Source: Omnitrophica bacterium GWA2_41_15
GTDB lineage: Bacteria > Omnitrophota > Gorgyraeia > Gygaellales > UBA12090
Direction: 5' to 3'
DNA length: 64,000 bases
NCBI GenBank assembly: GCA_919902675.1
Contig: CAKKRH010000014.1
Coordinates: 21,393-85,392, forward strand
The notes under the pieces are model-generated. The model was not told where the DNA came from. It did not search any database and saw only the letters and a list, made by a program, of their open reading frames with translations. Both the position numbers and the translations under genes were made by a program. Below, in pieces: positions 24,854-35,344 of the stretch; the first letter of the stretch is position 1; the number at the start of each line of letters is the position of its first letter.

Positions 24854-25025
24854 TTTAGCTACCTCCGGAAGGATTTTTGGGGTGGATTTTTGGGTTATTT
24901 TGTAGTGTATTCATATTGTAGCTAAAATATACCACAAGAAAAGACAAAAACAAGGTCCAGGCCGTGTTTTTGAGAAAGCGCTTTCTTGGGGAGGAGTTAT
25001 CGTCGGAGAAGTAAAAAGCGGGGTG

Positions 25026-25066
25026 AAAAAATAAATAAAAAGGCGGCCCGCGTGTTACAGGCCGCC
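25026..25066 (-). terminator. rho-independent terminator after the ferredoxin gene
   Basis: Minus-strand read: GGCGGCC-tgtaacacgcg-GGCCGCC followed by TTTTTATTTATTTTTT. Confidence 0.7.
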
Positions 25067-25094
25067 ATCAATGGCTAAAACTTACTATTAAAGG

Positions 25095-25277
25095 TTATTC
25101 TACCTTAATACAGCTTACCGGACAACTCTCGGCTACCTCTTTGAGGTTGTGGTTGGCCGCGCAGTTAGAACCCAGCACATGGGCCAGGCCGTCGCCCTGG
25201 ACCCGAAAGACCTCCGGACAGCCCTGTTCACATAAACCGCACCCCACACAAGTTGAAGCATCAACACTTACCTTCAT
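25095..25277 (-). CDS. fdx: small monocluster ferredoxin
   Basis: 60 aa with CVGCGLCEQGCP ... CP. It lies directly downstream of the por operon and is the likely electron acceptor. Confidence 0.85.
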   Translation of the reverse strand: MKVSVDASTCVGCGLCEQGCPEVFRVQGDGLAHVLGSNCAANHNLKEVAESCPVSCIKVE

Positions 25278-25302
25278 TTATCGTTCCTCCATTTTTGGCG
25301 TA

Positions 25303-27342
25303 TTAGACTTTTGGTTGAGCCTGGACAGCTTGAGGCGGCTGCGGAACGATTTGCTCCGCTTTCAGGCCGTATCTCTCAATATTTTTATCCGCCACTGCCT
25401 GTATCTGCTTAACTAACTCAGGCGAATTGATAATATGTTTGAACCTTCCCTGACACTTTAAATATTCCTCAACCGGCTTAATCTTGGCTAATTTACGCGC
25501 ATTGGTCAATTTTCCGTTTTCATATTCTATTAAAGGGTAAAGCCCTGTTTCCACCGCGAGCTTGGCAATATCATAAGTAAGTTGAGACTCATGCCTCCAG
25601 CCCAGAGGACAGGGAACGTGAATCTGGAGATATTTCGGGCCCTTAATGGATATAGCCTTTTTAACCTTATTCTCTATATCTCTAAGGTAACCCACCGAAG
25701 CCGTAGCCACATAAGCCAAGCCGTGGGCCACGGCAATTTCCGGCATCGGCTTCTTGGGCCGGGGATTGCCGGCGGATTGACTGCCTATGGGTGTAGTAGA
25801 GGTAGAGGTTTCAAAAGGAGTCAGCCCGCTGCGCTGAACGCCGGTATTATGCACCACAATGCCGTCAGCGATAAAATTATGCTCATCCTCCACCCTCAAA
25901 TCCAGGGTCGGCTCGATACCTTTAGACTCTACACTGATAATTTCTTCGGTCTGAAAAAATTCATTCTCCATCAAGAAATCCCGATACCGGGATTGCGAAG
26001 GATATTTCTTTATGTCCGGCTGGATTTTGCGGCTAAAACAGATATAGCCATATTCTGAATCTACCAGTAAGTTCCTGTTTACGCATTTAGTGCCTTTTTT
26101 CTTGGTTTGGGTATGAATTTTTCCTACCCGGTAATTGAGCGTCTGAAGCAATAAGCGCATCCGTTTCAAGAGCTCAAAACTTGCCGAGACATATCTTTTG
26201 CTCCCTTTATGGTCATAACCGTCAGCCAGCATCAAGCCTTCAACAAACGCTTCTTTCTCTTCTTTAGGAAGGGTGAATATCCAGCCGGGTATAGTTTTAT
26301 TCTTCGCTCCCTGTCCCAACCCCAATGTATCTATAAATTTAGTTAAGTTAACCGAGTAAATTGAAAGATAGTTCTCATCCTGGGACACCGGACTAGAAAA
26401 TATTTCTTTATGCAGGCCAACCAGAACCTCTCTGGCTTTTTTGCCTTTGGGCAGAGCAAACCCTATTTCATCCCGGCCTTCCCTTCTCCAGCCGTCGCCG
26501 ACAAATATCCCCAGGTACTTCATCAGCTCCGGGGTGGATTCCCGGGGCAAATTTACTTCATTGAGCTTATTAACCTTATAATCGCCTTTTTTTACCTTAT
26601 TTATCTGGCTGAATTTAAACGACCGGCAGGCGCCGTTCATCCCTTTCAAAGATACTACCTGGTCACCGATTTTGACATTCTCAAGCGTCTTCCAAACAAA
26701 AGAATTCGACCGCCCTCTGCCGTTTCTTTTTAAGATCAGAAAAGGGTGATTCGCGGTTGCCTTTATGGAATGGTGGCGGGTTTGCAGTTCAAATACCTCT
26801 TTTTTGCCGTTATCAAAGACACCACTGCATTTCTTAATTACTAAGTGCCGGGTATTTTGGTCAAAGGCATAAACCCCGTCGCCAACCTTTATCTCGGTTA
26901 TTTTCTTAAGCCCATCCCCGGTTAAAATCAATGACGAGAGGCTTAAACAATTCATATAGGCCTCATTGTCATAGCAGATTGACAGGATATCGTGGCCTCT
27001 TTCCCACATCCCAGATAACGCCTGTAATCCGATATCCGCGGTTCCCCCGTCCCCGGCCTGGCAAATGACATTTATTTTATCCTTGACTCCCAGATGCTTT
27101 AAGGCCGCCTCAATGCCGGAGGCAACTGCCGCGGCATTCTCAAATAAGGAATGGATCCAGGGAACTCCCCAGGATGATTCCGGATATTTGGTGGAGAAAA
27201 CCTCAAGACAGCCGGTATTATTGGCAATCATAGTGTTTTTTCCGGCAATATCTATGACTAACCTGGCGGCAACTGCCTGGCCGCATCCGGCGCAAGCGGT
27301 ATGCCCGGCGCAAAAAAGGTGTTCTGAAGCTGGGGCGCTCAT
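25303..27342 (-). CDS. porB: pyruvate:ferredoxin oxidoreductase beta subunit (ThDP-binding), interrupted by an intein
   Basis: The exteins (131 aa + 180 aa) carry CAGCG..., GDGG...YDNEAYMN|TG and the C-terminal PorB region. A 368-aa insert lies between them. Confidence 0.9.
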   Translation of the reverse strand: MSAPASEHLFCAGHTACAGCGQAVAARLVIDIAGKNTMIANNTGCLEVFSTKYPESSWGVPWIHSLFENAAAVASGIEAALKHLGVKDKINVICQAGDGGTADIGLQALSGMWERGHDILSICYDNEAYMNCLSLSSLILTGDGLKKITEIKVGDGVYAFDQNTRHLVIKKCSGVFDNGKKEVFELQTRHHSIKATANHPFLILKRNGRGRSNSFVWKTLENVKIGDQVVSLKGMNGACRSFKFSQINKVKKGDYKVNKLNEVNLPRESTPELMKYLGIFVGDGWRREGRDEIGFALPKGKKAREVLVGLHKEIFSSPVSQDENYLSIYSVNLTKFIDTLGLGQGAKNKTIPGWIFTLPKEEKEAFVEGLMLADGYDHKGSKRYVSASFELLKRMRLLLQTLNYRVGKIHTQTKKKGTKCVNRNLLVDSEYGYICFSRKIQPDIKKYPSQSRYRDFLMENEFFQTEEIISVESKGIEPTLDLRVEDEHNFIADGIVVHNTGVQRSGLTPFETSTSTTPIGSQSAGNPRPKKPMPEIAVAHGLAYVATASVGYLRDIENKVKKAISIKGPKYLQIHVPCPLGWRHESQLTYDIAKLAVETGLYPLIEYENGKLTNARKLAKIKPVEEYLKCQGRFKHIINSPELVKQIQAVADKNIERYGLKAEQIVPQPPQAVQAQPKV
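25846..26949 (-). mobile_element. intein with a LAGLIDADG homing-endonuclease domain (368 aa)
   Basis: Begins with Cys ([13 protein letters not shown]) and has block B ATANHPF and LAGLIDADG-like motifs LGIFVGDGW and [11 protein letters not shown]. It ends in IVVHN followed by Thr+1. Confidence 0.85.
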
Positions 27343-28514
27343 ATACTTTCCTCTAATAGTTCCGCTTTTAAATCAATATATTCTTCGCTTATGGTTTTAG
27401 CGCTTAATCTTTTGTATACCTCTTTGATGGAATCAATGGTAATATCCCTTCCTCCCAGTCCGATAACAAAACCGCTGATCACCGGGGATTTCTTTTTACC
27501 GCTGAATACCGCGCGGATTTCGCTCAGTAAAGGACTATAGGAACCCAAAGACACCGCCTTCTCTAATACCGCCACCCGAGGCACATTTTTTAGAGCCTGG
27601 CATATCTCATCAATAGGTAAAGGCCGATAGGTAACAATTTTGAGCAGGCCTACTTTTTTGCCCTTTTCTCTCAAGGCATCGATGACATCCTTAATCGTGC
27701 CACAGACCGAGCCCATAGCCACAATAACTTTCTCGGCGTCATCCAATCTATACCCCTCAACCAAGCCGCCGGAAGGACGGCCGAATATTTTCTGAAATTC
27801 CTCTTTTACCACTGGAATAAGCTTTAAAACATCTTTGTGGGTCTGGTGAACGGCAAAGCGGGCCTCTAAGTAATAATCAGGATCGACCAAAGGCCCAAAA
27901 GTCAGCGGATTACTTACATCTAATCTGTATAAAGCTTTATAAGCGGGCAGAAACTTATCCACCTGATCCTGCTCCGGAAGCTCCACCACCTCTAAGCCAT
28001 GGGTAAGGATAAAGCCATCCATATTCACCATCACCGGAAGCATTATCTTAGGATCTTCGGCAATCCGGTAGGCCTGGATATGTAAATCAATGGCCTCCTG
28101 AACATTCTCCGCGTGTAACTGCACCCAGCCGGAATCGCGCACCGTAATGGCGTCCTGATGGTCATTCCAGATATTCAAAGGAGCGGAAATTGCCCTATTG
28201 GCGCAGGTCATTACTACCGGAAAGCGCATCCCGGCGATATTGAAGACTACCTCAGCCATCAATAAAAGCCCCTGGGAGCTGGTGGCGGTAAAAGAGCGCG
28301 TCCCGGCCGCGGAGGCGCCCAAAACCACGCTGGCCGCGGAATGCTCAGACTCCACGTTCACAAACTCAGCCCTTAGCTTTCCGTTGGCGATTATTGCCGC
28401 TAACTCTTCCACAATATGGGTTTGGGGGGTAATCGGATAAGCGGAAATCACTCCCGGCTTGCATAATCTTACTGCCTCGGCTACGGCGAGGGATCCTTCT
28501 AATAACTCACGCAT
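27339..28514 (-). CDS. porA: pyruvate:ferredoxin oxidoreductase alpha subunit
   Basis: 391 aa ([26 protein letters not shown]...), the typical PorA N-terminus. Confidence 0.9.
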   Translation of the reverse strand: MRELLEGSLAVAEAVRLCKPGVISAYPITPQTHIVEELAAIIANGKLRAEFVNVESEHSAASVVLGASAAGTRSFTATSSQGLLLMAEVVFNIAGMRFPVVMTCANRAISAPLNIWNDHQDAITVRDSGWVQLHAENVQEAIDLHIQAYRIAEDPKIMLPVMVNMDGFILTHGLEVVELPEQDQVDKFLPAYKALYRLDVSNPLTFGPLVDPDYYLEARFAVHQTHKDVLKLIPVVKEEFQKIFGRPSGGLVEGYRLDDAEKVIVAMGSVCGTIKDVIDALREKGKKVGLLKIVTYRPLPIDEICQALKNVPRVAVLEKAVSLGSYSPLLSEIRAVFSGKKKSPVISGFVIGLGGRDITIDSIKEVYKRLSAKTISEEYIDLKAELLEESI

Positions 28515-28516
28515 TT

Positions 28517-28771
28517 TTAGTCTTCCTTTACCATTACAATATCTTTTTTAGGACAAACTGCCGCGCAATTACCACAGCCTTTACAAAAGTTAGAATCGTA
28601 ATCGTAGGTATTTTTGGCTTCGCCGGTTATGCAGGCCTCCGGGCAGATCAAAACGCACATTTTACAGGCAATGCAATCTTTCTTTAAGAACTTAGGCTTA
28701 TGCTCGACCCGCCAGGAACCGGTTTTATTCGCTTTGGATGTGGAAGGCTTGGAAATTAACGGGCCAAACAT
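28517..28771 (-). CDS. porD: pyruvate:ferredoxin oxidoreductase delta subunit (2x[4Fe-4S])
   Basis: 84 aa with two Cys clusters, CIACKMCVLICP and CKGCGNCAAVCP. Confidence 0.85.
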   Translation of the reverse strand: MFGPLISKPSTSKANKTGSWRVEHKPKFLKKDCIACKMCVLICPEACITGEAKNTYDYDSNFCKGCGNCAAVCPKKDIVMVKED

Positions 28772-29337
28772 TTTTCCTCACTCTGCTTAGACAGCCTGCA
28801 TTGCTTTATATATTCATAGCCTTTCTGGGTGGCTGAAATATTCTGTTCCACCGCTTTACCAGAAAATCTATGTTTAATCGCCTGAATTAAAGAATCCAAT
28901 TTTATCTCATCTGTTGCCGCCACATAGGCCCCCAGCAAAGCAGTATTACCTAATGGCCTTCCGATAGTCTCCATGGCTATGTCGTTAGCCGCGACCAGAT
29001 AGATCTTTTGTCCGCTTTTATGCTCCGGGATGCCGAAGTCATGCCGGGCGTTAATTATGGCCACCCCGTTATCCTTGAAACCTTTGAAGCAGTTAAACCC
29101 GCGCAGTAAGGTAGCGTCGGAAATCAAAAGATAATCGGGCTCATAAATCTGAGAACGCAGGCGCACCGGCTTATCGTCAACCCGGACAAAGGCGTTCATC
29201 GGCGCGCCCATCCGGGCCGCCCCGAAATTAGGAAAGGCGTAGGGGAACTTCCCCTCCAGGAAATAGGCAAAGCCTAAAATGCTGGCGGTAGTTATCGCGC
29301 CTTGGCCGGCGCGGGCATGGATTCTGATTTCTTTCAA
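28756..29337 (-). CDS. porG: pyruvate:ferredoxin oxidoreductase gamma subunit
   Basis: 193 aa (IRIHARAGQGAITTASILG...), TTG start. It is the first gene of porGDAB. Confidence 0.9.
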   Translation of the reverse strand: MKEIRIHARAGQGAITTASILGFAYFLEGKFPYAFPNFGAARMGAPMNAFVRVDDKPVRLRSQIYEPDYLLISDATLLRGFNCFKGFKDNGVAIINARHDFGIPEHKSGQKIYLVAANDIAMETIGRPLGNTALLGAYVAATDEIKLDSLIQAIKHRFSGKAVEQNISATQKGYEYIKQCRLSKQSEEKCLAR

Positions 29338-29409
29338 CTGAAAATTCCTTTTTAAATTCTATTGTTCTGAAGATTTATGACGGATTAACACACGGAAGTT
29401 ATAATTATA

Positions 29410-29844
29410 TCATCCAATGGGGGGCTTTTGCAAGATTTTTTTATCTTTTTTTCCTGCCGGTTCAGTAGAAGGCGGATTGCTTCTTCCCATGCCCTCTAAA
29501 ATACCGCTAAAAGCGGACTCAAAATCGTAGACATTCTTAAAATCATCCAGAGAATCGGTCTCGGTCCTAAAAAAGAATTTATTCTCAATCAGATTAAAGA
29601 CAATATTGCCCACATCCTCGGTCCGATGGATACCCCAGTGGTTGAGAACGGTCTTAGCCATCGGCCCGAACTGCTCAATAGCGAACTCTTTTAAACCCTC
29701 CAAGAGTTCCTTTCCTAAAATATGGCCATGGCGCTTAAGTTTCTTTTGGGAAAAATGCAGGGCCGCGGCCACAAATTCATAAGCATCAGGCTTATAGCGG
29801 CTGTCTTTAGAAAATATACTCTCTACAGTCTTTTCAAAGTTCAT
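29410..29844 (-). CDS. hypothetical protein resembling the Minf_1886 family (PVC-restricted)
   Basis: 144 aa. The assignment of HILGKELLEGLKEFAIEQFGPMAKTVLNHWGIHRTEDVGNIVFNLIE is from memory of that family and is unverified. Confidence 0.45.
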   Translation of the reverse strand: MNFEKTVESIFSKDSRYKPDAYEFVAAALHFSQKKLKRHGHILGKELLEGLKEFAIEQFGPMAKTVLNHWGIHRTEDVGNIVFNLIENKFFFRTETDSLDDFKNVYDFESAFSGILEGMGRSNPPSTEPAGKKDKKILQKPPIG

Positions 29845-29846
29845 TT

Positions 29847-30143
29847 CTAGGTCAAACCGGGGATGTTAAGGCCGGTAACCGACTTCATCTTGTCCGCGGC
29901 TATATCGTGAGAACGTTTTAAGGCCTGAGTTAGCGTATCTTTTAGAGCGGCCTCCAAAACAGAATTCTTCATATCGGCTAAATTCCCCTGGATCTTAACG
30001 CCCCTTATCTCCTGAGAGCCGTTCATCTCCACCTTAACCGTCTTATCCCGGCTTTCCACTTCAAAGATAACGCCATCCAGCTCCCGCTTTAGCTCCTGCA
30101 TCTTCTTCTGCATATCCCAAAGGGATTTCATTTTATCAAACAT
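29847..30143 (-). CDS. ybaB: YbaB/EbfC family nucleoid-associated protein
   Basis: 98 aa (MQKKMQELKREL...VKVEMNGSQEI..VKI...) ending in ...TGLNIPGL. Confidence 0.85.
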   Translation of the reverse strand: MFDKMKSLWDMQKKMQELKRELDGVIFEVESRDKTVKVEMNGSQEIRGVKIQGNLADMKNSVLEAALKDTLTQALKRSHDIAADKMKSVTGLNIPGLT

Positions 30144-30203
30144 ATCTTTACCTCCGTTTCACACAAATTATTATTATACAACGAATATTAGATTTTTAAA
30201 GAA

Positions 30204-31421
30204 TTAATATTTCCTCACTCCGCATGGCCTCCAGGATGGAGAGATTACCTTGTTCGGCTCATCGGCACCTAACAAGGCCGCGAATTTTAAAACCCCCTCC
30301 CCAAAATGCCCATTGATAGAATCCAGCGCCCGGTTCAACTTCTTCTTGCGCGCGTCCTCTTCAAAAAGAAAAAAATCTTCCTGATTCTTTTCTAAGCCGG
30401 ACACACTTACCCCCAAAAGCCGCAGGGGTTTTGACAGGGAAGTATTACCGATAATTGCCATGGCCTGTGAATATATAACCCTGGTATCATCGGTTGAGGC
30501 CGGAATTTTCTTCTGACGGCTAAAGGTATGAAAGTCGCTATAGCGAAATACCACTGAAATTGTTCTTCCGGACAGGCCTTCCCGGCGCATCCTGCGGCCA
30601 ACCATATCCGACAACCCTAAAATACACCTGGCTATATCAGCGCAGGCGCTGATATCATGCTCCAGGGTCATGCTATGGCCGATGGAGCAGGCCTTAGGCT
30701 CATAACCAAAGGGCATTATCGTTGCATCATCTTTTCCCGCTCCCATCTGCTTCAATATTTCTCCCCCGATCCCGAATCTTTTCCTGAGTAACCCGGGATC
30801 GGCTTTAGCCAGCTGAGAACAGGTATATATACCTAAGCTGTTTAAAACCTGGGTGGTCTTTTTTCCGATACCACATAATTCATCCACCGCAAGATTCTCC
30901 AGCTCCTTTGGAGCGTCTTCTGCCTTTATCCGAAACAGGCCATCCGGCTTATGCCGGGAACCGGCTAACTTTGCCAGTAATTTATTCGGGCCGATACCCA
31001 CCGAACAGCTCAAATCTAATTTCCCTCTTATCGCTTGTTTTATTTTCCGGCCTATCTCGAGCGGCTCTCCCAATAAACGGCGCACATTAGTAATATCCAG
31101 GAATGACTCATCAATAGAATATACTTCTATATCCGGGCTGAAGACATAGAGTATTTTTACAATTTCCCGACAGGCTTGGGTATACTTTTCATGACAAGCC
31201 TCAACAAAGATAAGCTCAGGGCAGATCCTTTTTGCCTCAAACTTATTCATCCCGGTTTTTACCCCTAAGGTCCGAGCCTCATAAGAAGAGGTAACTACAA
31301 CAGTCCGGCCGCCTCTACCCACAACCGCGACCGGTCTGGCCAGCAACTGAGGATTATCCCTTTGCTCTACCGAAGCAAAGAAAGCATCCATATCTATATG
31401 CAAAATTATCCGTTCAGCCAT
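30204..31421 (-). CDS. dinB: DNA polymerase IV
   Basis: 405 aa with ILHIDMDAFFASVEQRDNP and SIDESFLD, both Y-family polymerase motifs. Confidence 0.9.
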   Translation of the reverse strand: MAERIILHIDMDAFFASVEQRDNPQLLARPVAVVGRGGRTVVVTSSYEARTLGVKTGMNKFEAKRICPELIFVEACHEKYTQACREIVKILYVFSPDIEVYSIDESFLDITNVRRLLGEPLEIGRKIKQAIRGKLDLSCSVGIGPNKLLAKLAGSRHKPDGLFRIKAEDAPKELENLAVDELCGIGKKTTQVLNSLGIYTCSQLAKADPGLLRKRFGIGGEILKQMGAGKDDATIMPFGYEPKACSIGHSMTLEHDISACADIARCILGLSDMVGRRMRREGLSGRTISVVFRYSDFHTFSRQKKIPASTDDTRVIYSQAMAIIGNTSLSKPLRLLGVSVSGLEKNQEDFFLFEEDARKKKLNRALDSINGHFGEGVLKFAALLGADEPNKVISPSWRPCGVRKY

Positions 31422-31465
31422 AGCTTAAAAAATCAGGAAGGATACTCTTTTTTATCTTTTTAAGT

Positions 31466-34400
31466 TTAAGATAAAATAACGTCTATTCTGGAAATTTTTC
31501 CTTGCCGGATATCTTCAGCAACCGGAGAGCCTAAATTAGAGGAGGGGAAAGTTTTTTTGGTTTTATCTATATATTCTACGGTTATTTCTTGTATCTTAGC
31601 GGCATTTTTGCCGAAGGTATCTCTTTTCTTGGGGCTGTGGTATACCACCAGGGTTTGGCTTAAAAACTTAAAGGCAAAGCTATGCTTGGGGAATCCACCC
31701 TCTTGTCTCTGGCTAAACAGCCAGGAAGGAAGCACCGGCTTAAATTCTAAATTAAGCCTTCCCTGCTTGTCCAGATAAAAAGGCCGCGCTCCGGCGCACA
31801 TATAAAGCCAGATGCTGATAAACTCGGCGGTTGAGCCGCTTAAGCGGGCCACAAACCCCGTGCCGTGCAAATTTTCATCCGGAAAGACGCTAGAAACCAG
31901 GAATGAGGAATTTTCCAGAATGCTCCTTCCGTAACGAGCCGGATTCTGAAAAGGAATCAGCACATTTTTAAAATCTTCAAAAAACTCGGCGTAGAGCCCG
32001 TTTTTAAGTAGTTCAAATATATACTTATACTCCATATGCAGCCAGATGGATTCGTTCTCTAACCACCCGGGGCTAAAAATACGACAGCGGCCGATCTCTT
32101 CAGGCATATCTTCCAAAGGAGCGCAGACCTTATACATCTTCAGCTTTTTATCAAAAAGCCCGGACTTACGGATTGCCTTAAACACCTCTTTAGCTTGATT
32201 GGGATTATCTAAGGTCCTTAAATAATGCATCGGGCCTTCTAAAAATAAAGGTAAGGGCAGCTGCTTGAATTTAAGCGGCTTTACTCCCTGCGCGGATTCA
32301 AAATTCTCTAAAGGTTGATACTGGCTGACCTCGTTGATAAAATAGGAGTAACACAGCTTTGACTTAGGGTCATAAGCCTTCTTAAGTCCGGCATCAAGCC
32401 TTTCCAGGAATTTATCCAGGGTTTCGTCCAGCTTTGCGAAATCAAGTTCTCTGAAATCACCGCCAAATCCCAATACGGTCTTCTTAAGATAATCTTCTCT
32501 CAGGCTGTGGGACTTGTCCCAGAAGGTAAAATCGTCTTTTTCACCGCTTATATCTTTAAGGCCTCCAAGCAGTTCATAAAGCTCAAATGGAAGCTCCGGA
32601 GAACAGCTATTTTGGAGGTTTAATTCCTTAAGCTTATCGCGCAGGAAAATAATCCAACGTTTAAGCTCAAAGGTCTCACAGGTAGAGGAACCCAATAATC
32701 CGGGCAGGCCGTTCAAAGAATCAAACCAATTAGGCTTATTGGCATCCATCTCCACCCCCACCCCAAAAGGGTCCAGGCCGGCGAATTTATTGGCAATTAC
32801 TACCAGCATCTTAACTGTCAGGGTAGTTTTATAAATACCGCCCAAACCATCTTTGAGGCGCGAGACATGGGACTGGGCATCCCTTTTTTTAATCAGGTCG
32901 CGTTTGGCGTGATTATTCGCCAGGGAATGAAACTGAAATACCCGATTGCCTTTTAAGATATATCTTTCTGTCCTTGGCCGCAAGACCTCGGAATTATCAA
33001 AGAAGGTAAACTCTTTATTCTCTAAAAGTATGCTCTTAAGATTCTCAGGATACAGCGCCAAAAAGCTGATCAAAAGGTCAAGGCAATATGCCCAGTGGTC
33101 GCTCCAGAATCCTTCGCCGTGTTCGGCGCTGAATGATTTGGCGGAATTGGCTAAGACGGATTTCAAGAATCCCTCCCGGTCATTAAGATTTATTTCATTC
33201 TGCTCTAATGAATATAACAACTCACCCGGGGTAAAAGGCTTTTCTAAAAGGGTCCGGAGTTTCGAAGAATCATCTTTACGCAAGAATTTATCCAGGGAGG
33301 CATAATTTCCGTTAAAGGTAAAATTATCCGGTTTGATAACTAAGGGATTATAGCCGTCAGTCTGCAGGAGATTAAAAAAGTTCAGGATATTCTCTTCTTT
33401 TACCAGCGGATTAAACCAGACATCCGACCTGCGGTTCTGGTTGGCATCCCGGTAGTTGCCGTTGCCCTGGGAGAAATAGGTTGGCTCAATAAGGAAGCGG
33501 TTATAATCCCGCTCTAAATCACCGTGCTTACGGGAATAAACCTGGATATTGGTAAGGCCGGCGGCTTGGGCTATGGCCCCGCCTACGGCGGGGTGGCCAG
33601 CGGAATGTTTTAAAGAATAAGGATAGCCGCCACGCAAGACATTATCCAGAAAATTTTGCCGGCAATAAAGGTCAAAATTTTTAGACCCGGAATGAGTGAA
33701 TACCCCGGAGGTTAAATCTTCAATCAATTTTCTATTCTCAACCTGCTTATCTATAAGATACTCTTTACCGGCTATTCTTTTTGAGTTTTCCTTCAACTTA
33801 TCTAAGGTAGACATATTCCCGGCCAGGGAATGAACCTCATAAGTTTCATCGGCCCGAAGGGCAATCGCGCGATAACCCATACAACAAGGAGTTTTACCGC
33901 GGGTAAGCTGTTTTTTAGGATAGCTGAATTTTTTAGTTTCTAAAAATCGCGCCGGATAAGTAAAATCGCTCATCTGGCCAAAGATTGCCTCCGGGTCAAC
34001 TATCGGCTTAATCAGGCCCCAAGCGTCAAAGGCCAGGTAAAAATTCCCTTCCCGGATACGCGTTACCTCAGGCCGGTCCGCCGGGTCAACCACCAGCCGT
34101 AAGAAAGGGATGCCATTCTCCAGATTTTCTACCTGCATCCAGGCCTCGATGGTCCGGGAGAGCTCCTTTAAAAGGAAATTGTTGGTGCCAAATGGTATAA
34201 TCTGAGGAAGGCCGTCAATTATTTCTAAATCCCTGACTTTGCGGGTTAGATTCCTGACGCTCAATTTTCGGACCAGCGCTCCGTAATTATCATTAGGAAT
34301 AGTAAAGTACTCAATGTTTATCTCCAAGCCTAAGGTCTGATTTATCTCCCTCAATTTAAGCTCAGAGGAGCTTATCCGCATCTGGCGGACAATTTCAAAT

Positions 34401-34717
34401 CCGCAATCACTTAAACCGCTGTTAAAGGCATCATAAAGAAGAGTTTTATTCCGAGAATTTTCCTTAATCAAAGTCCTGAAGCCTTGTAAGGAAGTAAGTT
34501 GATAGGCCTTATTAGCCGGCTGAAACTCTAGAATCGGATGATCTTTATCCCGGACTCCAAAACTGGCAATAGCCTGGCCCCGGTTAACATAAAAAGCCCA
34601 GATTGGAACTCCCCAGACCCCGGCGACACCGGGAAAAAAGCTGGAAAAAGGCTTACTTAAGTGATAATTCTCTATCACAAACTCGTTGTCTTTGTTTAAA
34701 TAGTATTTGGGTTTCAT
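31466..34717 (-). CDS. 1083-aa conserved uncharacterised cytoplasmic protein (possibly glycoside hydrolase/phosphorylase-like)
   Basis: Long uninterrupted ORF with no signal peptide. Motifs FFPGVAGVWGVPIWAFYVNRGQ and GNGNYRDANQNRRSDVWFNP. The functional guess is weak and from memory only. Confidence 0.6.
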   Translation of the reverse strand: MKPKYYLNKDNEFVIENYHLSKPFSSFFPGVAGVWGVPIWAFYVNRGQAIASFGVRDKDHPILEFQPANKAYQLTSLQGFRTLIKENSRNKTLLYDAFNSGLSDCGFEIVRQMRISSSELKLREINQTLGLEINIEYFTIPNDNYGALVRKLSVRNLTRKVRDLEIIDGLPQIIPFGTNNFLLKELSRTIEAWMQVENLENGIPFLRLVVDPADRPEVTRIREGNFYLAFDAWGLIKPIVDPEAIFGQMSDFTYPARFLETKKFSYPKKQLTRGKTPCCMGYRAIALRADETYEVHSLAGNMSTLDKLKENSKRIAGKEYLIDKQVENRKLIEDLTSGVFTHSGSKNFDLYCRQNFLDNVLRGGYPYSLKHSAGHPAVGGAIAQAAGLTNIQVYSRKHGDLERDYNRFLIEPTYFSQGNGNYRDANQNRRSDVWFNPLVKEENILNFFNLLQTDGYNPLVIKPDNFTFNGNYASLDKFLRKDDSSKLRTLLEKPFTPGELLYSLEQNEINLNDREGFLKSVLANSAKSFSAEHGEGFWSDHWAYCLDLLISFLALYPENLKSILLENKEFTFFDNSEVLRPRTERYILKGNRVFQFHSLANNHAKRDLIKKRDAQSHVSRLKDGLGGIYKTTLTVKMLVVIANKFAGLDPFGVGVEMDANKPNWFDSLNGLPGLLGSSTCETFELKRWIIFLRDKLKELNLQNSCSPELPFELYELLGGLKDISGEKDDFTFWDKSHSLREDYLKKTVLGFGGDFRELDFAKLDETLDKFLERLDAGLKKAYDPKSKLCYSYFINEVSQYQPLENFESAQGVKPLKFKQLPLPLFLEGPMHYLRTLDNPNQAKEVFKAIRKSGLFDKKLKMYKVCAPLEDMPEEIGRCRIFSPGWLENESIWLHMEYKYIFELLKNGLYAEFFEDFKNVLIPFQNPARYGRSILENSSFLVSSVFPDENLHGTGFVARLSGSTAEFISIWLYMCAGARPFYLDKQGRLNLEFKPVLPSWLFSQRQEGGFPKHSFAFKFLSQTLVVYHSPKKRDTFGKNAAKIQEITVEYIDKTKKTFPSSNLGSPVAEDIRQGKISRIDVILS

Positions 34718-34726
34718 ATTTTCAAC

Positions 34727-35344
34727 TTACCTGCTACATAAGCCGCAAGCCAAAGCCATAACCTCTTTGGTTTTAACCAATCTTACTCCGTTATTTTTAA
34801 ATTTAGCCAGAAGGGCCTTGCCTTCTCTTGGCTCAACCGCGGAAACCGCGTCCGTTACCAGATTCACCTTAATGCCGCTCTGTAAAAGCCCAAGCACGGC
34901 GTATTTAACGCAGTAATCCACGGCCACGCCATAGACAAAGGCTTCATTAAAAGGCTTTAATAACCGCGAAAGATTAAAGTTAGTGAATACATCGTAGGTA
35001 TTCTTCTCTATTATTATTTGTTTATATCCTTCGATATTAGCAAACAATTCTTTTCTGGTTAATATCTCGCGGGAAATAAAAATATGTTTCTTCAGCAGGG
35101 TCTGGGGAATCTTTTTCTGGCCGCGGGTTTTTTCAACGCAATGGGCGGGGAACCGCTTAAACTCCGGATCGTTTTTCAGATGTGTATCTACGGTAGAAAT
35201 AATCCGGATATCTCTTTTAGAAGCGGCATCAGTCAGCAGTTTTAAATTAGGGATTATCTTTTCGGCCTCATTTATATAGAGCCTGCCGTCAGAAAGCATA
35301 AAATCACGCTGGGTGTCAACATCTATAAAGACAATTTCTTTCAT
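34727..35344 (-). CDS. pncA: isochorismatase-family nicotinamidase
   Basis: 205 aa with a likely catalytic triad (DVDTQRDF, EKNTYDVF, VAVDYCV) and the FPAHCV motif. It is adjacent to the NAPRTase gene. Confidence 0.7.
   Translation of the reverse strand: MKEIVFIDVDTQRDFMLSDGRLYINEAEKIIPNLKLLTDAASKRDIRIISTVDTHLKNDPEFKRFPAHCVEKTRGQKKIPQTLLKKHIFISREILTRKELFANIEGYKQIIIEKNTYDVFTNFNLSRLLKPFNEAFVYGVAVDYCVKYAVLGLLQSGIKVNLVTDAVSAVEPREGKALLAKFKNNGVRLVKTKEVMALACGLCSR

Noticed and set aside
25303-27342. The oversized porB interpreted as a fusion with an unrelated gene or as a misassembly.
   Set aside because: The insert has the exact intein boundary residues (Cys1, His-Asn, Thr+1), and the flanks join to restore a conserved PorB motif. 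The intein explanation is much better supported.
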